Source: Setoptus koraiensis
Lineage: Eukaryota > Animalia > Arthropoda
Direction of reading: 5' to 3'
NCBI GenBank assembly: GCA_048013815.1
Contig: CM106586.1
Coordinates: 21,514,001-21,578,000, forward strand
Length of the DNA: 64,000 nt
The notes under the pieces: generated by a model
Database searches by the model: none
The model's input: the letters and a program-made list of their open reading frames with translations, nothing else
Told to the model about the DNA's origin: nothing
Part shown: positions 27,441 to 38,036 of the stretch, one piece after another
Numbering within the stretch: position 1 is the stretch's first letter
How the letters are laid out: each line of letters begins with the position of its first letter
Position numbers and translations under genes: made by a program

Positions 27441-28780
27441 TGGCATCAGCGACACCAACTAATAGTGGCCAGCAGCAACATCAAGCAATAATTGTAGCAC
27501 CAATAGAAATAACAACAACAGCACCAACAACAGCTACTTCATCGTTGGACGATCTATTAATGAATGAGATTAGCAGCACATATTACAAGAAACATGGCGA
27601 TAGTCACAGCACCACTGACAATAACAACATCAAAGCCAATGATAACGGTAGTAGCGGTGCCGGTGGTACCTACAACAACTCTTGCGGCCTAGTTAGTGTG
27701 TTAGACGAATTTAGTACTTTTGACAAGACAGAACCAGAAGATTATGCAACATGCCAATTCAAATTGATACCAATTTCAAATGATCACCATGTAAATAATA
27801 AAGACACCAACACCAATAACCAAAACAACAACAACAACAATATAAATATGTGGCAAACAAGCAAGGGACGCGGACCTTTACACATACACATGAGACTCGA
27901 TGGTATATATAACACGTTTGAGACATCAACCATGCTAACCAAGCCAGCGGTACCAACAACAACAACAACATCCACAACAACATCAGCAACCACAACGACA
28001 ATCAAAACGAGTGGGGAAGACACTAATGGTCAACAGACTAGTTCATTATTTGATGATCAAATATCTACTGGGCAACCATTTGTGAGAACTAGACGCGAGT
28101 CCTATCAGGCACCTGTTGAACGAGAATCGGATCAAATGACGGCCAATAATAATGTTGTCAATGGTGCTGGTCAATTTACTAATAACAGTGACAACAGTAG
28201 CCTCAATTATAGTCAGAATAGAGATCAATTGAGCGAGGCAGCAGCAACACCAGTTAGCGCCCATAGACAAACAACAAGACATGAGGTATGGTTGCATCAT
28301 GCACTCGAAGGTGACATCGGCTCAGCCAATGGTGCAGCCCATTGTGGACTCATTGGCCCCAAGATGACATTATTGAGTGAAATTAGATCAGATGCTAGGA
28401 CTGGCGAGGTAGACGCTGAAATAACAGTGCCACATCTTAGTTTAACTGGTAACTCCAATGTAATATCTAGTAAATATTTGGTCGTTTATTCGGCTAAATC
28501 GGCCACAAGGCAACAACAAACAAACGATGATCGTCAACAACAAACTTCAACAAGATCAACACAAGTTCCTATAGGATGCTGTCTTGTCACAATAGTAGAT
28601 AAACTACCAGTCAGTGACGACTCGCCCGGCCTAATACAACCTATACCCGAATCGACATTGAATTCTAATATCAACAATGATCCGAATAACTCAAACACGA
28701 CAACAACAACAACAATAACAACTAGCTCGTCTGCTTTTACCACCCCAACGAAAACATTGTCATCCAATAGCAATGCTTAA
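27441..28780 (+). CDS. exon/ORF encoding a degenerate Cu/Zn superoxide-dismutase-like domain; probable last exon of the mucin-like gene
   Basis: ORF 27299-28780. SOD-fold pattern ATCQF...MWQ...GPLHIHMRLDGI...HEVWLHH..EGD....HCGLIGP...LSEI..D..TGEV...V.HLSLTG...VI...LVVY...PIGCCLV. A pyrimidine-rich phase-1 acceptor TTTGTCTTCACTTCCGGTAG|27441 matches the phase-1 donor at 27050 (joined CDS 2898 nt, 965 aa). Confidence 0.6.
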
Positions 28781-29956
28781 TTGATGATTGTCTCAGAAAG
28801 TTCAACAAAAATAATATCAATCAACATTACATAATAACAAGACTCAAGTAACAAACTTATCCTTACCCTCTAAACTATTAGACCAGTGTATAAAAATGAT
28901 CACTCACCATCATTACTGTGAGCGTCAATCGACACATAGCGAGATCAGCAGAAATCAAGACTCGATTGAAGTGATCATGACACAATTAAGATAAGATAGT
29001 AGAACAAAAAGTGAAATCAAATTTACATTAATAAATACATGTTATATAAGCAATAACATCTAATCGATACATCAGGCTACTTTTCTCAACCAACTCCGGT
29101 GCACTACTTGTTTCAAGCGTCTGGTGGGTGATGATACTGGGAGTGAGGTGCTCAGATCAGAAGACACTATCATTTCTTATATAATTATCTTTGTAAATCA
29201 TTTACTGGCTTCAGATAGAATATACATAGTTTTTGCTCAATCTTTGTTTGCCATGTGCACGATCTCTTACATTCATATTTATATATCAGTAACATTGTAG
29301 AGAATTTACATTCATTCAATGTATACATTCATTGTACTTAGAATTATTCTCTAAAACTAGAGCTCCGTGTTTGTCTCCTTCATATTGAGGTCATCAATCT
29401 TCGATTATCTAAAAGCGTTTATGTAAACCGGTGGCGAGCTGCAAGAAAACAGCAGGTTTTTATGTTTCTGTTTTTCCTCATGAAGTTGTTTTCTTTTCTT
29501 TCATTTCTTTTTACAATATGTTCATGTTATTCAATTGTGTAATGGTTTTCGTTAGATGGTTTTGGATTTTTTATTTTAGTCAATCTCTTTTCCCATGACC
29601 ATTCAGCTTCTATCAAGTTCCTTCCATATTCTTAGGTGAATGAGTTCTGAATCAAGGCGGGTTGTGTTGTAATATTTGTTGTTTGTGTACTTTAAATGTG
29701 CATTTGCAATAGCTCTTTGTGGTTGGATTTATTAACAGATTTTGATTGATAATAAAAGTATTCCTCAAAGATGCGAAAAATCATAATTATAATAATAAGT
29801 GATGATATGCAAGCTTATTGAAATCTATCCATCATCAATGGCTGGTTGATCAATCTCGTTTAAAACCTATTCTTCGGAATCAATTATCAACTAGTTATAC
29901 TCACACGAGTTATACAAGTTGCGATGACTCTCGTATTTTAAAACTGTAGCCGCTGA

Positions 29957-32075
29957 TCAATATCTAGATCGAAGATACACAGCGGAAGCGTCGTGATCAG
30001 GATAACCGAGACGTTTGGCATGCTTGAAGACCTCATTTGTTGCAGCCGTTATGGGTACAGGATGCTCATGGTCCTCAGATAACACCAACGACAGTCGCAA
30101 ATCCTTTTGCAATCTTGCCAAAGGTACTTCTGTTGCAAAATTGTTATTTATAATAGCCGTAGCTTTAGTGTCAATCAGTGGGCAGTTCAGTGGAGAAAGT
30201 TTCAAAATTTCTAGAAGATCCTTCTGTTGGAGGCCAGTTCTATCGGTGAGGGCCATACTCTCTGCTAAAACTCCTACCAATGTGCCGTACAACATTGAAA
30301 CCACTAAATTCATCTTCATAGCATTACCTATTTGACCGCCTAGGAAGAAGGTGTGATCGCCCATCGCTTTGAAGCATGATTGACAATCTTCGAATAAGGT
30401 CTTGTCTCCTGCACATATGATGGTGAGTTTACCCTCTTCAGCTACTTTTTTTCCGCTACATATCATAGGGGCTTCTAGATAACGGCCACCACAGGCTATG
30501 ATAGCTTCTGAAATATCATTGCTGGTCTCAGGATCTATACTACTCATTTCAACGAAGCCTTTGCGCGATAGATTTTTCTCGGTTAATATTCCACAGTTAC
30601 CGAACACTATCTCCTTGCTGGCATGAGGATCAGCTAAACATGAAAAAATGACATCTGCGGCCGATACTACATCATTAGGTGTAGTAGCTTTGACTGCTCC
30701 AGCTTCAACAAACTCTTTACATTTATCTGGGGATCTATTCCATATGGTAACATTATGTTTAGAGTTGAGCAAGTTTTTTAATAGCCTCTGTCCCATCAAT
30801 CCGAGACCAATAAATCCAAATTTAAGATTTGAAGGTGTGATTGATTTAGATTTTGCAGATATAGAGCTTATGTTTACGGGTTGCGAGCCTAAGTTGGCTG
30901 CGTCTAGATAAGGTGTCTTGAGGAGCAGATTGCGAGCGCCAGATTTGTTTGTGGAAGATTTAGTTGTTGTAGATGATGATGGACTTTTAATTGGGCTGAA
31001 TGTAGATGATGCAGTTGTAGCTGCAAAAGTGTCATTGTCCTGTTGTTGTTCTAATTTAGCTCTCTTGGTAGGACTTGCCGTTGCTGTTTCGGTGGCCGAG
31101 TCGTCAATACTTCTAATGCTTTTTCTCGATTTGAAGGGTGTCCTACTGTAATCCCGTTGTACACTAGATGAAATTGGCGATTTTGAGACTGTGTCTGCAG
31201 AGGAGTTTGGGGTGGTATGAGAAGGTGACGAGGTTTGAGAATCATTGCTTTGTTTGTTCTTGGATGTATTTAAAATGGTAGCTATTTCTTCATCGATAGT
31301 CGGTAAGCCTAATAAGATTATCATCATGAGACGCATCATGTGTCATGTTGTCACCATGTTGTGTGTGTACGTGTGCAAGTATATCGATCACAGATATCAA
31401 TTGCAACACATTTGAAGTTGAAGAAGACAAGAATACAACAGATTTTAAGGATATATTTGTATATCGAGCAAGAGTATCTTAGTAGAGAGACAGACAGATA
31501 GCGAAGCGAGAAGAGAGGGAGCGAGAAAAAGGAAAGTTGGAGAGCCAGATAGAGGGCCGAATAGAGAGCCAAATAAAGAGATGGAGAGACAACGAGAGAG
31601 GGAGAGACCTGGTGATGTTGCAGGAGGAATGTTGTGAATTTAGCTTACCGTCAGCAATATTGTTGGTGTCCCCTCCGGCTGAGTTGTTGTTGTTGTTTGT
31701 GGAGTTGGTGAGTGAGGTTGTTGTTGTTGTTGATGTGGCATTGATGGGTGTTGTTGCTGATGATGTTTCAGTTCTTCCACCGTTCTTTATGTAATCATCA
31801 ATAACTGCAAGCGCCTCCTTGAATGCGCCCGATTTGCTACCGTTTACATTTTTCGCCTTATGGTCGCCCTCAAACGGTTTCAATGAGTCCTCTTGTAGCC
31901 AACCGTAATTGTTTGAACCAAAAAAATATACACAATGCAACGCCTTGGATGCCTTGAAATTTCCTGCTGGCCGTTTCAATTGCGATTCCGATGGGTCACA
32001 AATACGACTGGGCCAGGCACAATAGCCCTTCATTTTGGCCCAAACGAGATCACCAATCTGATATTTGGATGCCAT
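29957..32075 (-). CDS. GLYR1: cytokine-like nuclear factor N-PAC/GLYR1 homolog (PWWP + beta-hydroxyacid-dehydrogenase-like domain)
   Basis: Exon 1 32075-31649 (GDLVWAKMKGYCAWPSRI, PWWP). GT-AG intron 31648-31309. Exon 2 31308-29957 (GFIGLGLMG Rossmann motif, ends AVYLRSRY). 1779 nt, in frame. Confidence 0.93.
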
Positions 32076-33879
32076 AATTATTGTTTGTTGTGTGCGGGGT
32101 TTTATTATTTTCAATGAACGATCGATGTCGATACCTAGACCGGTCTTATCTTTCAATAATAATAATAATATCGGTGATAATATAAATAGGAATAATCGAA
32201 TTTTCAATCCTGGCGGTTAAATTTAGTCGCTTTGCCTGGCTCACACTGCACTGCACTCTATCGCCCTCACTCTGTGCTGGCTCATTCGCTCTTATCGCTG
32301 CCGCCACCGCCGCTGCCGCTCTCTATTGCACTGGCGACGCTCTCACTCGTATAAGATTTGTACAAAAGCACTTACTTTCTTTACACATGCACACACATTT
32401 GTTTGCTCTTGACATTTTCTGTGCAGGAAAGTTTATTATCGCCCACAGCAGGCTAAAAGCAGCCCTGTGTGTGCGCTTTTAGTCGTTGTGCAGCGCTGGC
32501 GTGCCCGCTTATGTGCGTGCATGTGCGTCCGCCCGTCTGTCTCTCTGTGAGTGTGCTTGTGTGTTTGTGTGGCAACTGACACAGGCACACAAATTTTTTG
32601 AGCCGCTCACACAAAGTTGCCGTTCGTTGCTGCAGAAAACAGGCAACGCTCGTCGAATTTACATTTCGACAACAATCGGTGGGCGCGCTCATAAACGCAC
32701 ACACTAACGTTTTATGCAGGACGAGCACACACACAGGCACAATCGCTACTCACTCAATTTGCCCATGCCAATGCGTTGCCCTACTCCAACGTGTGCTTGT
32801 GTACGCGATAAAATGTGCACTTATAAATGCGCTCTCTATACAGAATTGCACACACACACACATAACATTCTTGCATTATACACATGCAATGGCCGCCATG
32901 GCGCTCTTTCTTGCCATTATAGCGCGCGTGTGTTCCTCCTGCAATATCCAACTTGTGTGGCGCTCAATTCGAACCTATCAAGAATCGCGTTTTCGGAACC
33001 CGAAGGCTAAAATCGCAGCGAATGAGAGCACAATATCATCAAATAAACACCCCTCTCAGAAACCGCCTGCCCCGATACTCAAACTCATAATTGATGGATG
33101 CCCTGCCTCAAAGAGAGCTCCGTGGGGTCTGGAAAATATAGAAGAGTCTCAGAAAAGTCCAACTTAGAATACTCGTGACGCCACAAGAAAGAATATAGTC
33201 TGGAGTGAGAATTGTACTCCCTCGGAACCTCCAGAGAGTAGCACAAACAAGTGACCACATATTCTTCGTTCTTTACATAACCTTTCTCTCCATTGTTGCG
33301 AGATAGTGAGCAAAAGCAAGTGAAACGAGCGAGATTAGATAGAATTATCAGCCATGACTTATCTATTTGGCTCCACGGGTAAGAGGTGGTCAACGGAGTT
33401 GTGCATCTCGCTGAAAACTTTATTGAGTTACTACATAAAAGCTATAAGTTTGTCTTCTCGGTTTGTCATTCTGGTAAAGTTAAAAGCAAGTCAATCTGCC
33501 AATGACAAACAGACATGTGTGCAATCTTGTAGCCGTCTAGTGGCATTTGGGTCGTAATTACAAAATGAGGGGACCAGCATAAACAATGCTGATACCTGAA
33601 GGTTAGATTAGGTAACTAATCAACTAGGATTCGATGCGAATGGATTGACTATTCAACGTTGATGATTTCCGTACTGTCTTAACTGTCAGTGGTACAAATC
33701 GCCATTGATTGAAACTATCCTGGGCGTGTGAATTACCTGTAAACAACAAGCAGTCGTTAAGTTCGAATGTGGACTTAATATTTACAGTCGATGATCAATC
33801 ATTGACAGACTTTATGTTTTTGCACCGATCTTCTTAAGGATTATAATTGGTTGATTATAATCTTTCTTTATGGCATAAA

Positions 33880-34263
33880 CTATATGCTGAACAAATCAGC
33901 CGCACCTGTGAGTTCAAGTTGTTGTGGCGTGCGCGTATCACATTTATTATTGTAAGTAACAGTTTCACAACTGTCAGAGGAGCCGCTGATTGATGATGTC
34001 AAGCAACTATTCTGTTTAGTATCTGTTGAATCTGTGGTCACAATGCTGAACGATGCTTCATCGACATTTGTCACAGGTTGACTTGAGGACTCTGAGGTCT
34101 CCAATGTCAGTGATATAGTTCGATCCCCTTGTAATTGGACAGACAAAATACCGAGCTGCACTAGTGCACTGTCACCTCTTTGTGCCAGGTGACGCAATTT
34201 TTGTGCTGCATCGAGCGGGAGCGATATGACCACAGTTCTCGATTTGAATGGTCTCGCATCCAT
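33880..34263 (-). CDS. NCOA6: NCOA6-like N-terminal domain protein (3' end uncertain)
   Basis: VVISLPLDAAQKLRHLAQRGDSALVQLGILSVQLQGD matches the conserved NCOA6/TRBP N-terminal domain as I recall it. Possible donor at 33906/33905 and a short terminal exon 33736-33624. Confidence 0.7.
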   Translation of the reverse strand: MDARPFKSRTVVISLPLDAAQKLRHLAQRGDSALVQLGILSVQLQGDRTISLTLETSESSSQPVTNVDEASFSIVTTDSTDTKQNSCLTSSISGSSDSCETVTYNNKCDTRTPQQLELTGAADLFSI

Positions 34264-35083
34264 TTGAGCACAACATAACAATTCGTGTAGATCTTGCGAT
34301 AAAGTTCTATGGCACTATAGTAGGATCGAACTCTCACTCTCGAAGGTGTCTCGAGTGTGTCTCAAGGGTTGTGTACCATTACTTCGAGAACAGTAGGACA
34401 TGTCAACTCTTATTTGAATGTGTATGAATGTTGACAGCGTTGATAATAACTATTTCGTGATGTCATTGTGTGATGTATGCATTTTGAAACAGCAGTACTT
34501 TGCTTGATTGGTGGAATTGTTGTTAGTGGAAGTGATCAGTTTATTTATAAATTGACATAGTCGGGTCAAACTCGCGTTAAATGTATTATTTTCGCACAAC
34601 GCAACTCGGCGCTGCAATCGTCGGATAACAACAGCAGCCACTAACAGATGTGTGAATGTGTCTATAAATGGTTCACTAGTGCTATTGTGAAACACGACAT
34701 ACTGGATGGCCACCTAGCGGGCATCTGCGGCACTGGGTCGTGACATGGCGTGACACATAGCGTCGTGACTCGTGAGTGTGAGACGCCAAGAAAAAGCAGG
34801 CATGGCGATCGGTGAGTTTACAGTGGCACAGAAAATACACCCGCGCAATCATATGTTTATGAACGAGTGCTGCATGCAGACTAGGGTGAATCGCGGATTT
34901 TCCCCGAAATTTCGCAGACCGACCTGACCGAAAAATCGTGTCTGAGGCATGTGATTTCATTTCATTTATCTTTTGATTACCACAACAGCCGCTCCAATTG
35001 TAACGCTTCTCTAATCAATCTAAAAAAACTATTAATTATTACCATTTGTCATTAAATAATTTTATTCTAATTTGAATATCATC

Positions 35084-38014
35084 ATGAGTGTCGACGATTC
35101 TGCCCTCCTTAATTTAGCTGCCCTTCTTCAGAGAACATTGTCGGATGACGCACAAATTAGAAAGGGCGCCGAAAGCGATCTACTCCGGATGGAAACATGC
35201 CAAAATTATGGTGTCTCTACCTTACTATTGACACGACGATCCGATGTAGATCCCGTCATTCGTGTTTCGGCTTCAATAGCTTTCAAGAATTTCATCAAAC
35301 GAAACTGGAGATTTGACCCGACTGACGAGACAACAGATAAAACAGACCTCATTGATGCGCAAGAACGTCAATTAATCAAGCAACACATAACAAGCATCAT
35401 GATTGAGTCTAAAGAGCACATACAACGTCAGTTGAGTGATGCCATGACTATTATTGGTCAATGCGATTTTCCCGATAAATGGCCATCGCTCATCGGCGAA
35501 TTGGTTGCCTCAATTCAGAAGAGTGGATATCAAGACTACGACATAATAAATGGTGTACTTCAAACGGCCCACTCAATATTTAGGCACTACAGACATGAGT
35601 ATGCATCGGATAGGCTTTGGACAGAGATTAAATATGTATTAGATAACTTCGCTCAGCCATTCACTGAATTATTTGTGGCACTCATGGCAGCTTCAAAAGG
35701 ACAAAATTTGAATAATACCAAGGCCATCTATAGTTCGCTAGTTCTGTGCGCAAAGATCTTTCATTCCCTCAATTTTCAAGATTTACCAGCGTTCTTTGAA
35801 GATCATATTGACCTCTGGATGTCGCACTTTCTAGAATTGCTCAGTATTAATCAGATCGATGATGAGACTGGACTAACGGAGCAACTGAAATCAGAAATAT
35901 GTGAAATAGCGAGCCTTTACGTACAAAAGTATAGTTCCGAGTTTGTTAATTACAGGGAAAAGGCTGCAGAAACCATATGGAGATTACTCACACAAACAGG
36001 CCATGATACTAGATACGACTTACTGGTAAGCAACGCCATCCGTTTCTTGATAACTGTTGCAGAAAGGCCCGAATCGCGTCATATTTTTCAAGATCCCAAG
36101 GTCTTGAACTCTTTGTGTCAGCAAGTTATAATACCCAATATGGAATTCAGAGAAGTCGACGAAGAATTGTTTGAAGACAATCCCGAAGAATACATTCGAA
36201 AAGACATTGAAGGCTCCGATGTTGACACTCGTAGGCGAGCCTCGTGCGAATTAGTCAAGGCTTTGAGTCGAAACTTCGAAAGAGAGATTGTCGATGGTTT
36301 CAGTCAATATATAGTAGTGATGCTGAATAATTACTCTCTAGACAAGAAGCGAAATTGGAAGAGCAAAGATGTTGCTGTGTTCCTAGTAACATCTATGGCT
36401 GTGAAAGGCGCATCTCGCCAACACGGCACAACCTCTGTCTCCTCGCTTGTGAATATAGAAGACTTCTACAAACAACACATTTTGGGGGACCTGGATGGCG
36501 CTGATTGCGACCTAGATCAACTTGTTGTTTTAAGGGCTGATGCACTGAAATTCATCACAACGTTTCGTAACCAGCTTTCATTAGAGTTACTGATACCGTC
36601 CTTACCTTTAATCATAAAGCATCTACGCGCACCAAACACGGTTGTACATACTTATGCAGCCATAACCATAGAGAAGTTATTGACAATGAGAGATGCAAAA
36701 CAAACAAGGATTGCCCCAAACCAATTGGAGCCATTCATCGAATCCATGATTACAGCTCTGTTCGATGTCTTAAACATGTCAGGATCTCAAGAAAATGATC
36801 ATGTGATGAAGGCAATCATGAGACTATTTAGTTTTGCAGACTCAAGATCAATTGTACCATTCTTACCCAACGTAGTACCAAAGATAATTTCTAAGTTAGT
36901 CAGAGTTGCCGATAATCCTTCTAGGCCTTTCTTCAATCATTATCTCTTTGAGACGTTAGCACTTACAATACGAGCTACTTATCAGCAGAATAGGATGGCT
37001 ATTAAAGAATTTGAAGATATCTTATTCCAGATTATGGAAAATATACGCCAAAGAGATGTGCAAGAGTTTATGCCATACGTTTTTGAGTTGCTTGATTTGG
37101 TTTTGAGATATCAAGAGAGGAATGGAATATCCGAAAACTTCCAGAAGCTTCTTGAAAATCCCGAACTTCTGGGACCGACACTCTGGGAGAGAGCTGCCAA
37201 TATTCGCCCACTAACAGGTCTTTTACAGACCTATATCGAGAAGGATGCTCAAGCTATAGTTTCGCAAAATAAACTATTGCCCTTGCTCGGTGTATTCCAA
37301 AAATTGATTTCATCAAAAGCCACAGATCACGAAGGATTAACGCTCTTACAATCTATGATTTCTTATATTCAACCTAATGTACTCGATGCCCACATACGAC
37401 AAGTGTTTCTACTGTGCTTTCAACGTTTGTCTGGCTCAAAAACGACCAAATTTGTCCGGAATGTCCTTGTATGTTTCTCGCTATATGCTTTTGTGCGTGG
37501 ACCTCAAGTTTTGGCTAGCACAATAGATTCCATCCAGGACAAGATGTTCGGGATGGTGTTGGAGAAATTGTACATCCAGGACGTTCAAAAGGTGACTGGA
37601 ATTATTGAAAGAAGAATTTGCATCTCAGCCATGGTGAAGATTTTGGTATCATTACCTTTCATATCCGATGGTGCCTATAACAACTTATGGGCATCACTTC
37701 TTCAGGTACTTGTGGCCATGCTTGAATTACCTGAGGTGAAGGCGGAGAATGAAGACGACGACCATTTTTCTGACATAGAAAACGTGTTGACCTATCAGGC
37801 TCAGTACTCTCGACTTATTTTTGCAAGTAAAAGGCGAATCGATCCAACCGCAAATGAAGTACAAGATCAGCGATTGTTTCTGGCACAATCCTTGAAACGC
37901 CTTTCTACGCAATCCCCCGGCCTTCTACCAAAGCTAATTGCTCAAACAATATCGCCAGAAGCAATTGAACACATCAACAGATACTGTCAGGCAGCGAATA
38001 TCACGCTTGTGTAA
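35084..38014 (+). CDS. CSE1L: exportin-2 / CSE1 (importin-alpha re-exporter), intronless
   Basis: 976 aa. IBN_N-like start (ASIAFKNFIKRNW) and hallmark motifs FEDNPEEYIRKDIEGSDVDTRRRA and HDFMPYVF-like QEFMPYVFE. Confidence 0.96.
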   Translation: MSVDDSALLNLAALLQRTLSDDAQIRKGAESDLLRMETCQNYGVSTLLLTRRSDVDPVIRVSASIAFKNFIKRNWRFDPTDETTDKTDLIDAQERQLIKQHITSIMIESKEHIQRQLSDAMTIIGQCDFPDKWPSLIGELVASIQKSGYQDYDIINGVLQTAHSIFRHYRHEYASDRLWTEIKYVLDNFAQPFTELFVALMAASKGQNLNNTKAIYSSLVLCAKIFHSLNFQDLPAFFEDHIDLWMSHFLELLSINQIDDETGLTEQLKSEICEIASLYVQKYSSEFVNYREKAAETIWRLLTQTGHDTRYDLLVSNAIRFLITVAERPESRHIFQDPKVLNSLCQQVIIPNMEFREVDEELFEDNPEEYIRKDIEGSDVDTRRRASCELVKALSRNFEREIVDGFSQYIVVMLNNYSLDKKRNWKSKDVAVFLVTSMAVKGASRQHGTTSVSSLVNIEDFYKQHILGDLDGADCDLDQLVVLRADALKFITTFRNQLSLELLIPSLPLIIKHLRAPNTVVHTYAAITIEKLLTMRDAKQTRIAPNQLEPFIESMITALFDVLNMSGSQENDHVMKAIMRLFSFADSRSIVPFLPNVVPKIISKLVRVADNPSRPFFNHYLFETLALTIRATYQQNRMAIKEFEDILFQIMENIRQRDVQEFMPYVFELLDLVLRYQERNGISENFQKLLENPELLGPTLWERAANIRPLTGLLQTYIEKDAQAIVSQNKLLPLLGVFQKLISSKATDHEGLTLLQSMISYIQPNVLDAHIRQVFLLCFQRLSGSKTTKFVRNVLVCFSLYAFVRGPQVLASTIDSIQDKMFGMVLEKLYIQDVQKVTGIIERRICISAMVKILVSLPFISDGAYNNLWASLLQVLVAMLELPEVKAENEDDDHFSDIENVLTYQAQYSRLIFASKRRIDPTANEVQDQRLFLAQSLKRLSTQSPGLLPKLIAQTISPEAIEHINRYCQAANITLV

Positions 38015-38022
38015 ACTTATAC

Positions 38023-38036
38023 AATAAACTTTTATT
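38023..38036. terminator. back-to-back polyadenylation signals (AATAAA on + at 38023-38028; AATAAA on - at 38036-38031)
   Basis: Sequence AATAAACTTTTATT between the convergent CSE1L and NOLC1-like stops; the minus-strand hexamer contains the NOLC1 TAA. Confidence 0.6.

Noticed and set aside
33085-33393. 102-aa minus-strand ORF downstream of NCOA6-like
   Set aside because: No ATG start or motif I recognise; it cannot be linked in phase with confidence.
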